Assembly: GCA_963835575.1 (NCBI GenBank)
Contig: CAWIGG010000004.1
Coordinates: forward strand, 992,001-1,056,000
Length of the DNA: 64,000 nt
Direction of reading: 5' to 3'
Origin: an uncultured Spirochaetota bacterium
Lineage (GTDB): Bacteria > Spirochaetota > Brevinematia > Brevinematales > JAOACQ01
Position numbers and translations under genes: made by a program. Of the stretch, positions 34,233-46,000 are shown piece after piece. The notes under the pieces were generated by a model. That model was not told the DNA's origin. It saw nothing but the letters and a program-made list of their open reading frames with translations, and did not search any database. How positions within the stretch are numbered: the stretch's first letter is position 1; each line of letters opens with the position of its first letter.

Positions 34233-35444
34233 ACAGACAGATTGCTTTGTGCGGAAGCCGACGGCGAGGGAGAAAGCATGGCGCTCGTAATGACGGAGCC
34301 GGTGCGGAGCGGCGGCGTGGAAGTTTTTTTTGCTTGCAATGATGCGGTATGTGCTGAGACGGAGCACAAAAACGTCATTGCGAGAGGAGGGATTTCTGCT
34401 GTGACGAAAGCTGGCGCACGAAGCAATCTGTAAGGAAAAATAGGAGAGTAAAATAAAAGGGAAAGGCGGATATGTGTATATCCTGGCAGCAAAATATAAT
34501 AAATTGCTTTATACCGGTGTAACAAATGATTTGAAAAGAAGGGTATATGAACATAAATCCGGGATTGAAAAAGGATTCTCAAAAAAATACAATGTTAACA
34601 AACTTGTTTACTATGAAAAGTTTGATAGTATCACTCAAGCCATTAGCAGGGAAAAGCAGATAAAAGGCGGCTCAAGGGAAAAGAAGGTTGAGTTAATAGA
34701 GAAGATGAATCCTGGATGGAAAGATATGTATGATGAGTTATAAAGGACTCATTTTGTGCAGACAGATTGCTTCGCACTGGTGTCAGCGGCGAAGGAGACA
34801 GCATGGCGCTCGCAAAGACGCGATATGTGCCGAGAAGGCCGAAAAAGCCACCTTTATGTACAGACAGATTGCTTCGCATGAAGGTCGGCGGCAAAGGAGA
34901 AAGCATGATGCTCGCAATGACACGGTATATGCTGAGACGGAATACCAAAGCCGTCATTGCGAGTGGAGAGATTTCTACTGTGACGAAAGCTGGCGTACGA
35001 AGCAATCTGTAAGGAAAAATAGGAACTTTTATGTATAGACAGATTGCTTCGCGCTGGAATCAGCGGCGGGGGAGACAGCATGACGCTCGCAATGACGCGG
35101 CATTCGCAGAAACGGAGCAAAAAAACGTCATTGCGAGTGGAGGGATTTCTGCTGTGCCGAAAGCTGGCGCACGAAGCAATCTGTCGGCAAAAGAAACAGG
35201 TTTTATATGCAGACAGATTGCTTCGCGCTGGAATCAGCGGCGAGGGAGGCAGCAGGGTGCTCGCAATGACGCGGTATCCGCAGAAACGAAGTACAAAAAC
35301 GTCATTGCGAGGGGACGGATATCTTCCGGGCCGATGGCTGCAATCCGAAGCAATCTGTCGGTAAAAGAAACAGGTATTATATGCAGACAGATTGCTTCGC
35401 GCGGAAGCCGGCGGCGAGGGATCAAGCATGGCGCTCGTAATGAC
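34233..35444. repeat. Cluster of ~10 GTCATTGCGAG...GAAGCAATCT REP-like elements around a GIY-YIG gene
   Basis: ~58-60 bp units in mostly alternating orientation at ~34233, 34374, 34760, 34863, 34953, 35038, 35127, 35212, 35301 and 35385. Confidence 0.88.
34453..34743 (+). CDS. Small GIY-YIG nuclease (REP-associated type). The likely start is ATA at 34453; the ORF track uses GTG at 34474.
   Basis: GYVYIL...LYTGVTNDLKRRVYEHK...AISREKQIKG..R.KK...I...NP.W.D. The AGGAG RBS precedes the in-frame ATA. Confidence 0.85.
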   Translation: MKGKGGYVYILAAKYNKLLYTGVTNDLKRRVYEHKSGIEKGFSKKYNVNKLVYYEKFDSITQAISREKQIKGGSREKKVELIEKMNPGWKDMYDEL

Positions 35445-35484
35445 GGGCGTTGTGCGGAGAAGGGGTTTGACAGGAGTATATTGT

Positions 35485-36510
35485 ATGAATAAACTGTTTA
35501 TTTTATTGTTGACGTTATTATTCATATGCGGTTTTATTTACCCGGGTGAGCTTTTTTTGAAAGGGGACTACTCCTTATACAAGATTTACAGCCTGGAGGG
35601 CGCGTCGGGGCCGTTCCCCCCGTCCAATGCGCCGCTGCTGTTATTTGACGGGAGGAAGGACACGGCCGTGTTTGTCAGCACATACAAATACCCGAAGAGC
35701 TTTTGGGTTGTTTTCGGCAGTCCGGTGGAATTCAGCCGGATAGCCCTTTACGGAGGATTTCAGAAAAGCGGAACGGATTTCTATTATTACGCCCGGCCGA
35801 AGGCGGTGAACATATACTCGTATGATCCGAAGAAAAAGGAGAAGCGCGGGGCGCTCATCACGAACATAGTCATGGAAGACACGATGGGGGGGCAGGCCGT
35901 GGATTTCGAGGGCGTCCTGACCGAACCGGGGCTTGTGTTTGAGGCCGCGTCGTACTATCCCAGCACGAACTGCTCCTGCATAAGCAGGCTCGCATTCAGC
36001 GAGGTCGAGCTGTACTACGGGGATGAAAAATACCGGGTCCTGAATTTTGACGCCGCCTCGAAGGAATACAAAAGGACATGCAGGAATGACAGGCTGAGCG
36101 AGATGAAGGGCTTCTTTTCGGTCCTGAGGAAGGCGGAATTCTTCACCAACGCCGATGCCGTCTTAAGCCTCTGGGGACAGCTGGGAGTAAAGAAAAGCGA
36201 TATTTACATCTATAAACAGGCCGGGATGAACGAAATGGCGATGCTGGAGCTGACGTTCAACGGGGAAGGCGGGTATTCCGGGAAGGTCCTCGCCGGCCGG
36301 AACGGCGGCAGGTTCGTCGAGATCAAAAACAACGGAAGAGCGACGGGGCGTTTTCATCTGGCGGAATCCGTCGAACTGGGAAGCTGGAAGATCGACGAGG
36401 ACGGCGCCATCTGGGTCCAGGCCGGCCGCGGGCCGTGGAAGGCCTGCACCGGGACGGGATATTTTGAGGGTACGGACATCGGGGCGTTTGAAAGCGTGAC
36501 GTACCCGTGA
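35485..36510 (+). CDS. Secreted hypothetical protein, possible discoidin/glycan-binding-like N-terminal domain
   Basis: Signal peptide MNKLFILLLTLLFICGFIYP after an AGGAG RBS. LFDG..DTA, GGFQKS, ARPK and SEVELY motifs. Confidence 0.65.
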   Translation: MNKLFILLLTLLFICGFIYPGELFLKGDYSLYKIYSLEGASGPFPPSNAPLLLFDGRKDTAVFVSTYKYPKSFWVVFGSPVEFSRIALYGGFQKSGTDFYYYARPKAVNIYSYDPKKKEKRGALITNIVMEDTMGGQAVDFEGVLTEPGLVFEAASYYPSTNCSCISRLAFSEVELYYGDEKYRVLNFDAASKEYKRTCRNDRLSEMKGFFSVLRKAEFFTNADAVLSLWGQLGVKKSDIYIYKQAGMNEMAMLELTFNGEGGYSGKVLAGRNGGRFVEIKNNGRATGRFHLAESVELGSWKIDEDGAIWVQAGRGPWKACTGTGYFEGTDIGAFESVTYP

Positions 36511-36511
36511 G

Positions 36512-36597
36512 ACCACCCCCGACCCCTCCTCAATGAGGAGGGGAGTCAGGCATATTATATAGCTCCCCTCCTTTTTAAGGAGGGGGTAGGGGTGGTG
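36512..36597. repeat. Inverted doublet of ACCACCCC-CCCCTCC-n-GGAGGGGAG REP-like palindromes upstream of the DUF559 gene
   Basis: accacccccgacccctcctcaatgaggaggggag, then the inverted copy ctcccctcctttttaaggagggggtaggggtggt. Confidence 0.85.
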
Positions 36598-36620
36598 TAT
36601 AATATAATCAGGAAAGTTAT

Positions 36621-37049
36621 ATGAATTTTAAAATTAATAATAGAAAAGAATTAAAAGAAAAGCGCAGATTATTAAGGAATAATTTGACATCAGCAGAAGC
36701 AAAACTATGGAAATATTTGCAAGGGAAAAAGCTGGATGGACGGAAATTCCGCCGTCAGCATAGTGTTGGTTATTATATTCTGGATTTTTATTGTCCGGGT
36801 GAAAAGTTATGTGTGGAATTAGACGGTATGGGACATTGTAGTAATGAAGGCCATGAATATGATATTGTACGAACAGAATATTTGAATAGTTTAAATATAA
36901 AAGTATGCAGAATTGAAAATAAGAGGGTGTTTGAAAATTTAGATGGAGTTTTAATGGAAATAAGCAGTTATTTCAAAACTACTCATGATTCGTCATCAGG
37001 AGAAAATAAGGCAGGTTGTTGTTTGCCGGAGGAATTGAATGAAGAGTAA
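36621..37049 (+). CDS. DUF559 (Vsr-like) endonuclease domain protein
   Basis: LRNNLTSAEAKLWKYL...KFRRQH..GYYILDFYC...VELDG..H motifs. Confidence 0.9.
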   Translation: MNFKINNRKELKEKRRLLRNNLTSAEAKLWKYLQGKKLDGRKFRRQHSVGYYILDFYCPGEKLCVELDGMGHCSNEGHEYDIVRTEYLNSLNIKVCRIENKRVFENLDGVLMEISSYFKTTHDSSSGENKAGCCLPEELNEE

Positions 37050-40000
37050 ATCGCTAGCTGCAGCGCTCTTATTAACGTGTTTTCTTGTTCTTGTCTACGC
37101 GGGGACAAAGATCGCGCTTCAGATAAACGGCAAAAAGGTGGACATCGCGGCTCAGAACGACAGCAGGAACCCGTACCTTTACAATACGCGCCTCAGGGAC
37201 ATACAGGCAAAGCTGAATAAAGTCCTCTCTTTCAACCTGACGAATTACGCGCCGATCGAGGAAAACGGCTTTTATAATAAAGAAACGGAAGCGGCGCTCG
37301 AGCAGTTCCGGGAGATGTACTACAAAAAATACAGCCTCCAGCGCTACTACGCGTTCAGCGCGGAGGATGCCGTGGAGCCTTCGTCTGTTGAAGGACTCCT
37401 GGACCGGGAAATACCGGCGGCGGCGGATTTCGCCCGCGAATACCAGGAGGGGATGAAGCTCAAGAACGGCGACCCTGCGAAGTACTACGGAAATTCCGCG
37501 TGGGACGAGGTCCTCAGGATCGAGAAGGGCATGGACGGCGATACCGTCGATCCCGTAACGGGCGAGCTTTCGAAAACCATACCGCTCTACCAGACGCCGG
37601 CCGGGAACGACCATCTGATGCCGATCCAGCTGACCGCGAGGTACGGATCGCAGTACTCGGGGAACTGCGGCCTGGGCGACAACTGGTACCTGACGGAGAG
37701 CTATTCCCTCTGGTTCAGCTACGAGAAGAACGAGATGATCGTCCAGGACGGGAGCGGCATATCGCAGAAGTTTAATTTTACAAACGGCGGCTTCTCGCGC
37801 GATACGAACAACAATACCGACGGGGGGCTGTTCCTCAATGTTATGCTGGACGGGGCGCTGGGCACGGAAGGCAGTACGATCTGTGTTATAACGGCGAGGG
37901 GCGAAACGATGATATTCGAGTGCGCCGACAACAAAGGCCAGGACTCGGTATCCAATGTCATCGAGTCGATCTCTACAAATAGTCTCGAGGTTTACGGCTA
38001 CTGTATCGTGGAAGACCTGAGGATATATGAAGTGACCAATTATACGAGAGATTTTATGTGGTCATTAAAAACCAATATATCGGTGAGCAATTACGGGCCG
38101 ACCATAAAAATGGGATTGTACGCCGATTCCTCCAATGCCCTGGATATGACTATGACCAACTCGGCATATACCAATTTCAGCGATTGGTTAAATAATGGCC
38201 ATCAGACGGTCACCGGACAGAAAATGATCTGCGATAAGGAGGAATTCAAAAATAAAGTATGGAAATTGAGCGACACGTCCGAGGGCGGATGGAGCGTGAG
38301 CTATTACGCGGCGCCCCTGGCGACTAACGCTATTGAGTTTGTAACAAACTGGATCTGGGGGGGTGCGCCGCTTTCCAACTGCACGCAGTCAGACACAAAT
38401 TTTGACATGCGCGTCAAGGTAAATACAAACATCGTTTACACGCAGGGCACAAGCTATTCCTTCCGGAGACAGCCCATGGGGCAGGCCGGTATTTACGCCG
38501 GCTATGTGCTGACAAATTCGATGAACCGGTTCGGGTCGGTAAAAAGCTACAGTTATGACGGCTTTCAGAAGCTGTTGAGCATCAATTCCTATTCCCCCGG
38601 CGGAACGGAGATAGACGGCGTAAGCATTACCTACTCCCCGGCGGGCGAAAAAGGATTTATCAAAGTGATAACAACCGGGCTTGCGTCCTCCGCGAACGGC
38701 GTCATCACATTCAGCTATACGGGAAACCAGCCCGACCACCAGCTGCTTGATACCGCCGTAGTTATGATGGACGGAAAGGCGGACGCGCACAGGATGGCCT
38801 ATCATTCCGAGCTCCTTTTCGGGCCGGGGTCGCCGGATGGGGTGAAGCTCAGCAATTCGATTTTCAGCAATTACAGCGCGCTGACGAACAGCTTTACCTA
38901 CATAACAAATGAAATATCATTTATAACCAGTAATATAGGGGAATTGGTCCAGCAGAATTATGTCTATTTCTGGGAAATGTACACGAACATTACCGAAACG
39001 ATAACCCATAACGGGATAAATACTACTACAAATATTTCATCGAGTTTGTTCTACGATGATAAATATTATAATAATTCAAAAGACTACTATGACCTTCTTG
39101 TCCAGTTTATGGAAAGCCAGCTGCCCGACCTCATCAGCAATATCAGCAGTCTGACGGACCAGATCTCGAACTACAACAGCGGCGATCTCTTCCCGCGCCT
39201 GGCCCTCCTGGATTCTCATATCGACAGCGCCGGCCCATGGCAGGAGTACCGCTACGGCAGTTTCGACACGAACATGTTCGGCGTCACGAACAGGGAGAGC
39301 GCCTTCAGGACGACCATCGTGCGGAAGCAGGGCGCGGAATGCCGGCTGGATTACTCCGGCGGCTATACGGAGTACCATAATTTCAGCGGCAATACTTTTA
39401 AATTTCATTATGATATAAACCAGACGAATTACGACGAAAGGCATGTGGACCGCATTGTTTACCCGGACAATTCAACCGTATCCTTCGGCTATGATAAGAA
39501 GGGGAATATCACGGCCGTGACGAACGAGATTAATAACGCCTATTCATACGGCTATGACGATTTCGGCAATGTGACGAATAAGAGCATGCCCGGGCGGAAT
39601 TGGTATTATGAATATAACAGCGTGATCGGCAGATACCTGGGCCGCCCGACGAAGATAGTCCAGCCCGACCATACGGTTTACACTATGGCTTATGACGAAA
39701 ACGGTGAAATGACGAACCAGACGCTCAAAGCAAACGATGCGGACCAGGGGAAAACCCTTGTCCAGGTCTTTTTCTCGCCGCTGTCCGCCAACGGGTTTGT
39801 CAAGACAAACAGGGACATGTACGGAAGCGAGACTGTTTACACATACGACGGCAGTCACAGCCCGGTCAGCGTTAAAAATCCCGACGGGGGCGTGACCGCC
39901 TATATTAACGACTCCTTCGGAAAGCCGCTGATCGAGAATAGAAGTAATCTGGTAACAAACATCTGCGTTTATGATTCGAGAGGGAACATCGTCGAGCAGG

Positions 40001-43000
40001 GCATAGCAGGGCTGAACCACAGCTTCACGGAATACGACGCCGCCGGAAGACGCCTGTCCTCGACGGACCCTATGAGCAATAAAACAATCTATGAATACGG
40101 CGCCGGGAACAGCCTCGCCGGGGTCATTTTCCCCTCGGGAGAGGAAGTCCGCTATTCTTACGACGGCGACGGGAACAAAACGAACGAGGCGTATTACGCG
40201 CAGTCCGGCTTTACCATCGCGAATAAAAGCATCGTCTACGCGTACGATCCGGAGTACAGGCTGACGAACAAGGCCCTTGTCCAGGACGGCGAGACGTTCA
40301 ATTATTCCTTCCAGTACGACGCCGCCGGCAATATGACCCTCCAGACGGCTGAAAGCGTTCTGCCGGACGGGAATGTCCCTGCCGGCGTCAGCAACAGCTA
40401 CGCCTACGACGCCATCAGCATCCTGACAAATCAGAGCGATTTAATATCAGGGAAAAACATCTCGTATTATTACGATCCGATGGGAAGGCTGACTTTTGAA
40501 AACCGGACTGTGACGAACGGGAGCGGGTACGGATTTTCATTGTCCAATACATACGACATCCTGGGCCGGAACACGGCAAGTTTTAGTTTCACGAACGGGG
40601 CCGCCGTCATAATGACGTCGAATGACTATCAGGACAATGACCGCGTAACCGTTAAAATCGACCGGTACGGCAATCAGTCCGTGAATTACATGGACTTCCG
40701 CAATAACGTGACGAACCTGCAGTACTCTGTATTCAATCCGCTGACGGAAGAAAATGAGCTTTATACGCATTCCTATATTTACGACACCCTGGGGAATAAA
40801 ACAGAGGAAATATACCCCGACGGCACGCGCCAGAAATGGCAGTTTGTTTTCGGGAACCGGCTTTTAAAGGAAAGCGGCCGGTATTCGGACGAAAGCGCCG
40901 CGGCCTGGAAGACTTACTCCCGCGACGCCGCCGGACGCGTGACGGCCGTCAATGATTTTGAGAATAAAACATGGGGAAAATCATACAACAGCCTGGGCCG
41001 GCTCAGTTCCGAAACCGATCCGGACGGCAGGCAGATTTTTTATATCACGGACCTCTGGGGCAATCCCATGACGGTCCAGCAGGGAAGCCGGCGCAGGGAT
41101 ATTTCCTATAATATCCTCAACAAGCCCGTTACGGTAAACTACGGGGACGGCGCGGCCGACTCCGCCCTTTATGACGCGATGGGGAATGTTGTTCAGTCTA
41201 TGCCCGGCGGAGCGTCCAACCTGCAGACAGTCTCGAGATATGACAACGAGGGGAAAAAGACATATGAAGCCGGCTTCGGCCTCGAAACATACTTCGCCTA
41301 CGACGCGCAGGGAAATTTGATATATAAAAAGGCGGCCACGGCCCCCTCCAACCACCCCCAGCCCCTCCTTAATAAGGAGGGGAGTAGAACTTGGACTTAT
41401 GCGTATGACGCCTGCGGCAGGATTACGGAAGAGCATTTACCGGACGGAACGTTCATCAGCCATGACTATGCCGTTTCGAACGGCCTCCTGATTGAGACCG
41501 TCTCCGGGCCGAAAAGGCATAATACATCCGCCGCGGACACGACGGTCAACACATACGACCAGATGGACCGCCTGATACGCAGCCAGGTCTGCGACGATGG
41601 ACTGGAAGCGGCCTGCGATATCGGCTTCTTCGCCGGGAAGGGGCTTATCTCCGGCAAGGTGTTCGACAGGGCCGGCCTTCCCGTCAAAGAGGTGCGTCCG
41701 GGAAATAAGATAAAGAATTATAAATACTCGCCGGAAGGCCGGGTGACGAACGAGGAAAACGAGGCCGGCGAAGTGAAAAGTTCCGTTTATGATAAAAACG
41801 GTAATCTGACATATATGACGGATTTCGACGGGAACAGCTTCAGCAACACCTATTATAATTCCGGTAAATTAATGAAATCATTAGAGCCGGGCAATGCCGT
41901 CACTTCTTATTATTACGACGCGTACGGGAACATGAATAAGAAAGTACTGCCGGACGGCAGTACATGGCTTTTCGAGACCGACGCGAGGGGAAGGACCGTA
42001 AAGGAAACAAACCCCTTCGGAGGCACCGCGGCGTTCGAGTACGACGCGCTGGGCAGAAAAATGGCCGAAACGGGCCCCGGCGGAAGTTATACCGCCTATG
42101 ATTATGACGGGAACGGAATACCGACGGGCATAGAGACGCAGGGCAACGACGGGGAAAACGCAGTCAAGATTTCAGCTGCTGTGGACGGGTTCGGGGAGAC
42201 GAATAGGGTGGAATACCCAACCACCCCCAGCCCCTCCTCAGGCAAGGAGGGGAGTCAGGGTCTGATTGTAACATATCAATATGATAATATGGGGCGGGTG
42301 ACGAATAAAACAACCACCCCCAACCCCCTCCTTAATAAGGAGGGGAGCAGGACCACACGCTATAAATATAGAGAAGATGGAAGGCTGAAAAGGACGGATA
42401 ATCCGGACGGGACGGCCGAAATGTACGCCTACAGCGCGGCGTGGCTGCTGACGAACAGGACCGTCCTGGGGGATACTAATAAGGGCGATTTGCCGCCGAA
42501 AAGGGTGACGGCGTATTATTACGGCGGGTACGGGGACGGAGACGTACGGCCGTACGTCTCTACGGGAGGGTTCGGCGATGTTGAATGCGCTGTTGATTAC
42601 CGCGGAATTGTCACGGCGTCGTATTACGATAAGGCCGGGCGGCTGACGAACCGCTCCGAAACGGCGGGGACGGAACCGAGGAATACCATAACGATTTACG
42701 GGCTTACTAATATAAATAATCTCTTTTATCGGACAATGGAAACATGGAAAGAGGAGACGCACAGCCGTGCGTCTCTACAGATGGAATGGTCAAAAACCGT
42801 GACTGATTTCAGGGGGAATGTCCTGAAGGTTTACCGGATGGAAAAGGGGCAGGAACTGCTGACGGCCGATAACACATACAACGCGGCGGGAAAATTGGTT
42901 TCTGAGGTCCGGCAGGAGGACCTGGGCAGTCCCGAGACAAGATACGAATACGGCGCGAACGGCGCGCTTTCGAAAAAAACGGAGCCCTCGGGACTGATCA

Positions 43001-46000
43001 CCGAATACAGTTACGACAGCGCGGGAAGGATAACGGAAACGAGGGAGTATCCCGCGGACAATTATTCACAGGCGAGGAAAACGGATTATCAATATCACCA
43101 GAACGGAAGGCTGAAGCGCAAAGTATTGTATGATTTTTCCGGCCCGGCGCTGGAGGACACGTCCTATTCCTACGACTTCCGGGGGAACGTCATTAATAAA
43201 ACGGACAACCTAAGGAATACCGCTTTTATAACTTTTTATAACGCCTACGGCGAGAAAACAGAGGAAAGCACACTCTGGAACGGAGAGTCATCGGACAGGC
43301 ATTACAGCTATGACGCCGCCGGAAGACTTTATCAGACCACCGGCGAACTGGGCAGTGTGACGACTTATACATACGGGGATTTCGGGCAGACGGCGACGAA
43401 GGGGATATCGTACAGAGGAGACGTACAGCCGTACGTCTCTACGAGTTATTTTTATGATTCACGGGGAAATGTAATTACAGAAACCGTATATGGGATGACC
43501 CCCTCCGGCTCCCCCTCAGGCAAGGGGGAGAGCCGGCTATTGTCTTATACCACGAGCTATCAGTACGACGGGTGGGGGAACCGCACAAACACCGTATATC
43601 CCGACGGGAGTTTTGAAACATCCGAATATGACGGGTCCGGGCAGAAGATAAACGAGACCGACAGGTACGGATACCGGACGGCGTATGAATACGATGAGAA
43701 CGGCAGGGAGACAAAACGGACATCCGGCACGCCCAACGGGAACCTGATAACTGAGACAGTTTACGATAATTCCGGGCGGAAGATTTCAGAGACAAGCCAT
43801 GGGGAAACGGGACCCTCAAGGACCGCGCAGTATCAATATGACAGTTCGGGAAGGCTGATCAATCAGCAGATTGGGGACGTGTCATCCTCGACAGGGTACG
43901 ACGCCTTCGGGAATAAAACATGGACAACCACCCCCGGCCCCTCCTTAAATAAGGAGGGGAGCAGTACCTGGTATTACCAGTACGACGCGGCGGGAAGGAC
44001 GACCGTCAGCATCGACGGAGAGGGGAACAGGACGGAGACGAGCTACGGATTTGACGGCGATTGGAGGCTGACGGTAACTACCACCCCCAACCCCTCCTCA
44101 GGCAAGGAGGGGAGCCGGAAAATTATTTATGACGGGTTCGGGAATAAGATTGAGGATGTTGACGCGAACGGGAACAGCGAATATTACCAATATAACGCGG
44201 CCGGCAAGCCGACGGTATATACCGACAGGAACAGCAATCAGACTGTATATATTTATGACTCTCTGGGAAGACAGACCGCGACTGTCGACGCGAACGGGAG
44301 CGTATTGTCGAACGTGTACGACAGCTTTAATAATATAATTGAGGTCGTTGACAAGGAAGGGCGCCATCTTTACAGGGAATTCGACTGGGCGGGAAGGATG
44401 ATATGGACGAAAGACGCCTTAGGTAATGAGGCGAGATACGAATACACAACCACCCCCAAACCCCTCCTTGGCAAGGAGGGGAATCCGCTTGGGTATGAGG
44501 TTGAGGTCTTCACAGACGCGGAGGGGAACAAAGCAACCACATATAAATACGGCAAGATGACGCTGGCTGTTCAGGACGCGCTAGGCAATATCACGAGCTA
44601 TCAATACAACGCCTTCGGCGAATTAACGGCGACGGTCGACCCGAAGGGGAATACGACAAGTCTTACATATGACTTGCGGGGCAACAAAACAGGTGAAACA
44701 ACGGCTTTAGGCTTCAGCACGACATATCAATATGACAATAACGGCAACGTGATAAATGAGATCAACGGCGAGGGCTGGATAAAAACGACATACAACAGGA
44801 ACAACCAGCCAGTGAGAAAAGATTATAGCGATGGAAACACAAAAAACTTCCTCTACGATTCTTTGGGAAGGTTGACAAGAGCGCGGGACAATTTCAGCGA
44901 CTATTCATATCTTTATGATAATAATGGAAGCTTGACTAACAGGTATGATAATATCAATAAAGAGACGCTGGCGTATGAGTATGACGGGAACGGGAACCGC
45001 GTTAAAATGACTGCTCAAGATAAGATTGTAAATTATGATTATGACGCTTTAAATCAAATTAAGAAAGAAACGGTATTAACCACGAAGATCACGAAGGACA
45101 CGAAGGAAGAAATTAATGTGGCCTCCGGCTTCATAACGAACCTTTCAATTGATTACAGTTATTCTCCTATGGGGAGGGTCACGAATAAGACATATTCTTC
45201 GGGGCTGGTCGTCAATTATGAATATGACCCTATTTACAGGCTGATGAAAATAAACAACACGACCAATGGATTGTTTTTATCATCGTTCGGGTATACATAC
45301 GACAAAGTGGGGAACAGGACAAAGGAAACGGCCCGCGAATCCACGCGAATAGGCACGAATGGGGATGGTTCGGCCTCCGGCGGGGAACGGGTGTCGGCGT
45401 TTCTTTATGATAAGGCGTACAGGCTTGTCAAGGCCGATTATAGTGAAGGTAAGTTCGAGGAATTCGAATACGACAATTCAGGTAACCGGCTAAGGAAGAC
45501 TTCAAATTTAGACGGCTCTAATACCGTTACGACCGGCTATGTCATCGACAACGACAACAGACTCCTCTGCGAACAGAAGCCTTCCGGCAATATCAGCTTT
45601 ATTTATGACCGCGCTGGACGGATTATCAAGAAAGTAGAAGGGGATAAAGTAGAACGCTATCAGTACAACCAGCGCGACTTGATGACGAAGTACACCGTCG
45701 AGCAGAACGGCAGTATCACTTCCGTAAGTGAATACACCTACGACATCAACAACCTCCGCACCGTTAAGAAAGAAACCCCTGAGACGCCGGGAAGTGTCGG
45801 AGATAACACAACACGCTTTACCTATGACGGAGACAATATATTATATGAAGGCCCGTCTTTTTATTTGAATAACATCTTTATCAATAGTTACGAAGCGGAA
45901 ATACAGCCGCTGAGGACGGCGGTCTATGTAAAGGACGCGCTGGGAAGCGTGAGGGGCGAAATCTACGACAACCCGCTCCCGCCTGTAGAGTCTGGCGGCT

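Noticed and set aside
34233..35444. Possible CRISPR array
   Set aside because: Units alternate in orientation, the variable parts resemble each other, and there are no cas genes. This fits REP-like repeats.
34166..35525. Several overlapping ORFs of 60-220 aa
   Set aside because: They are translations of the repeat array with no protein-family signal.
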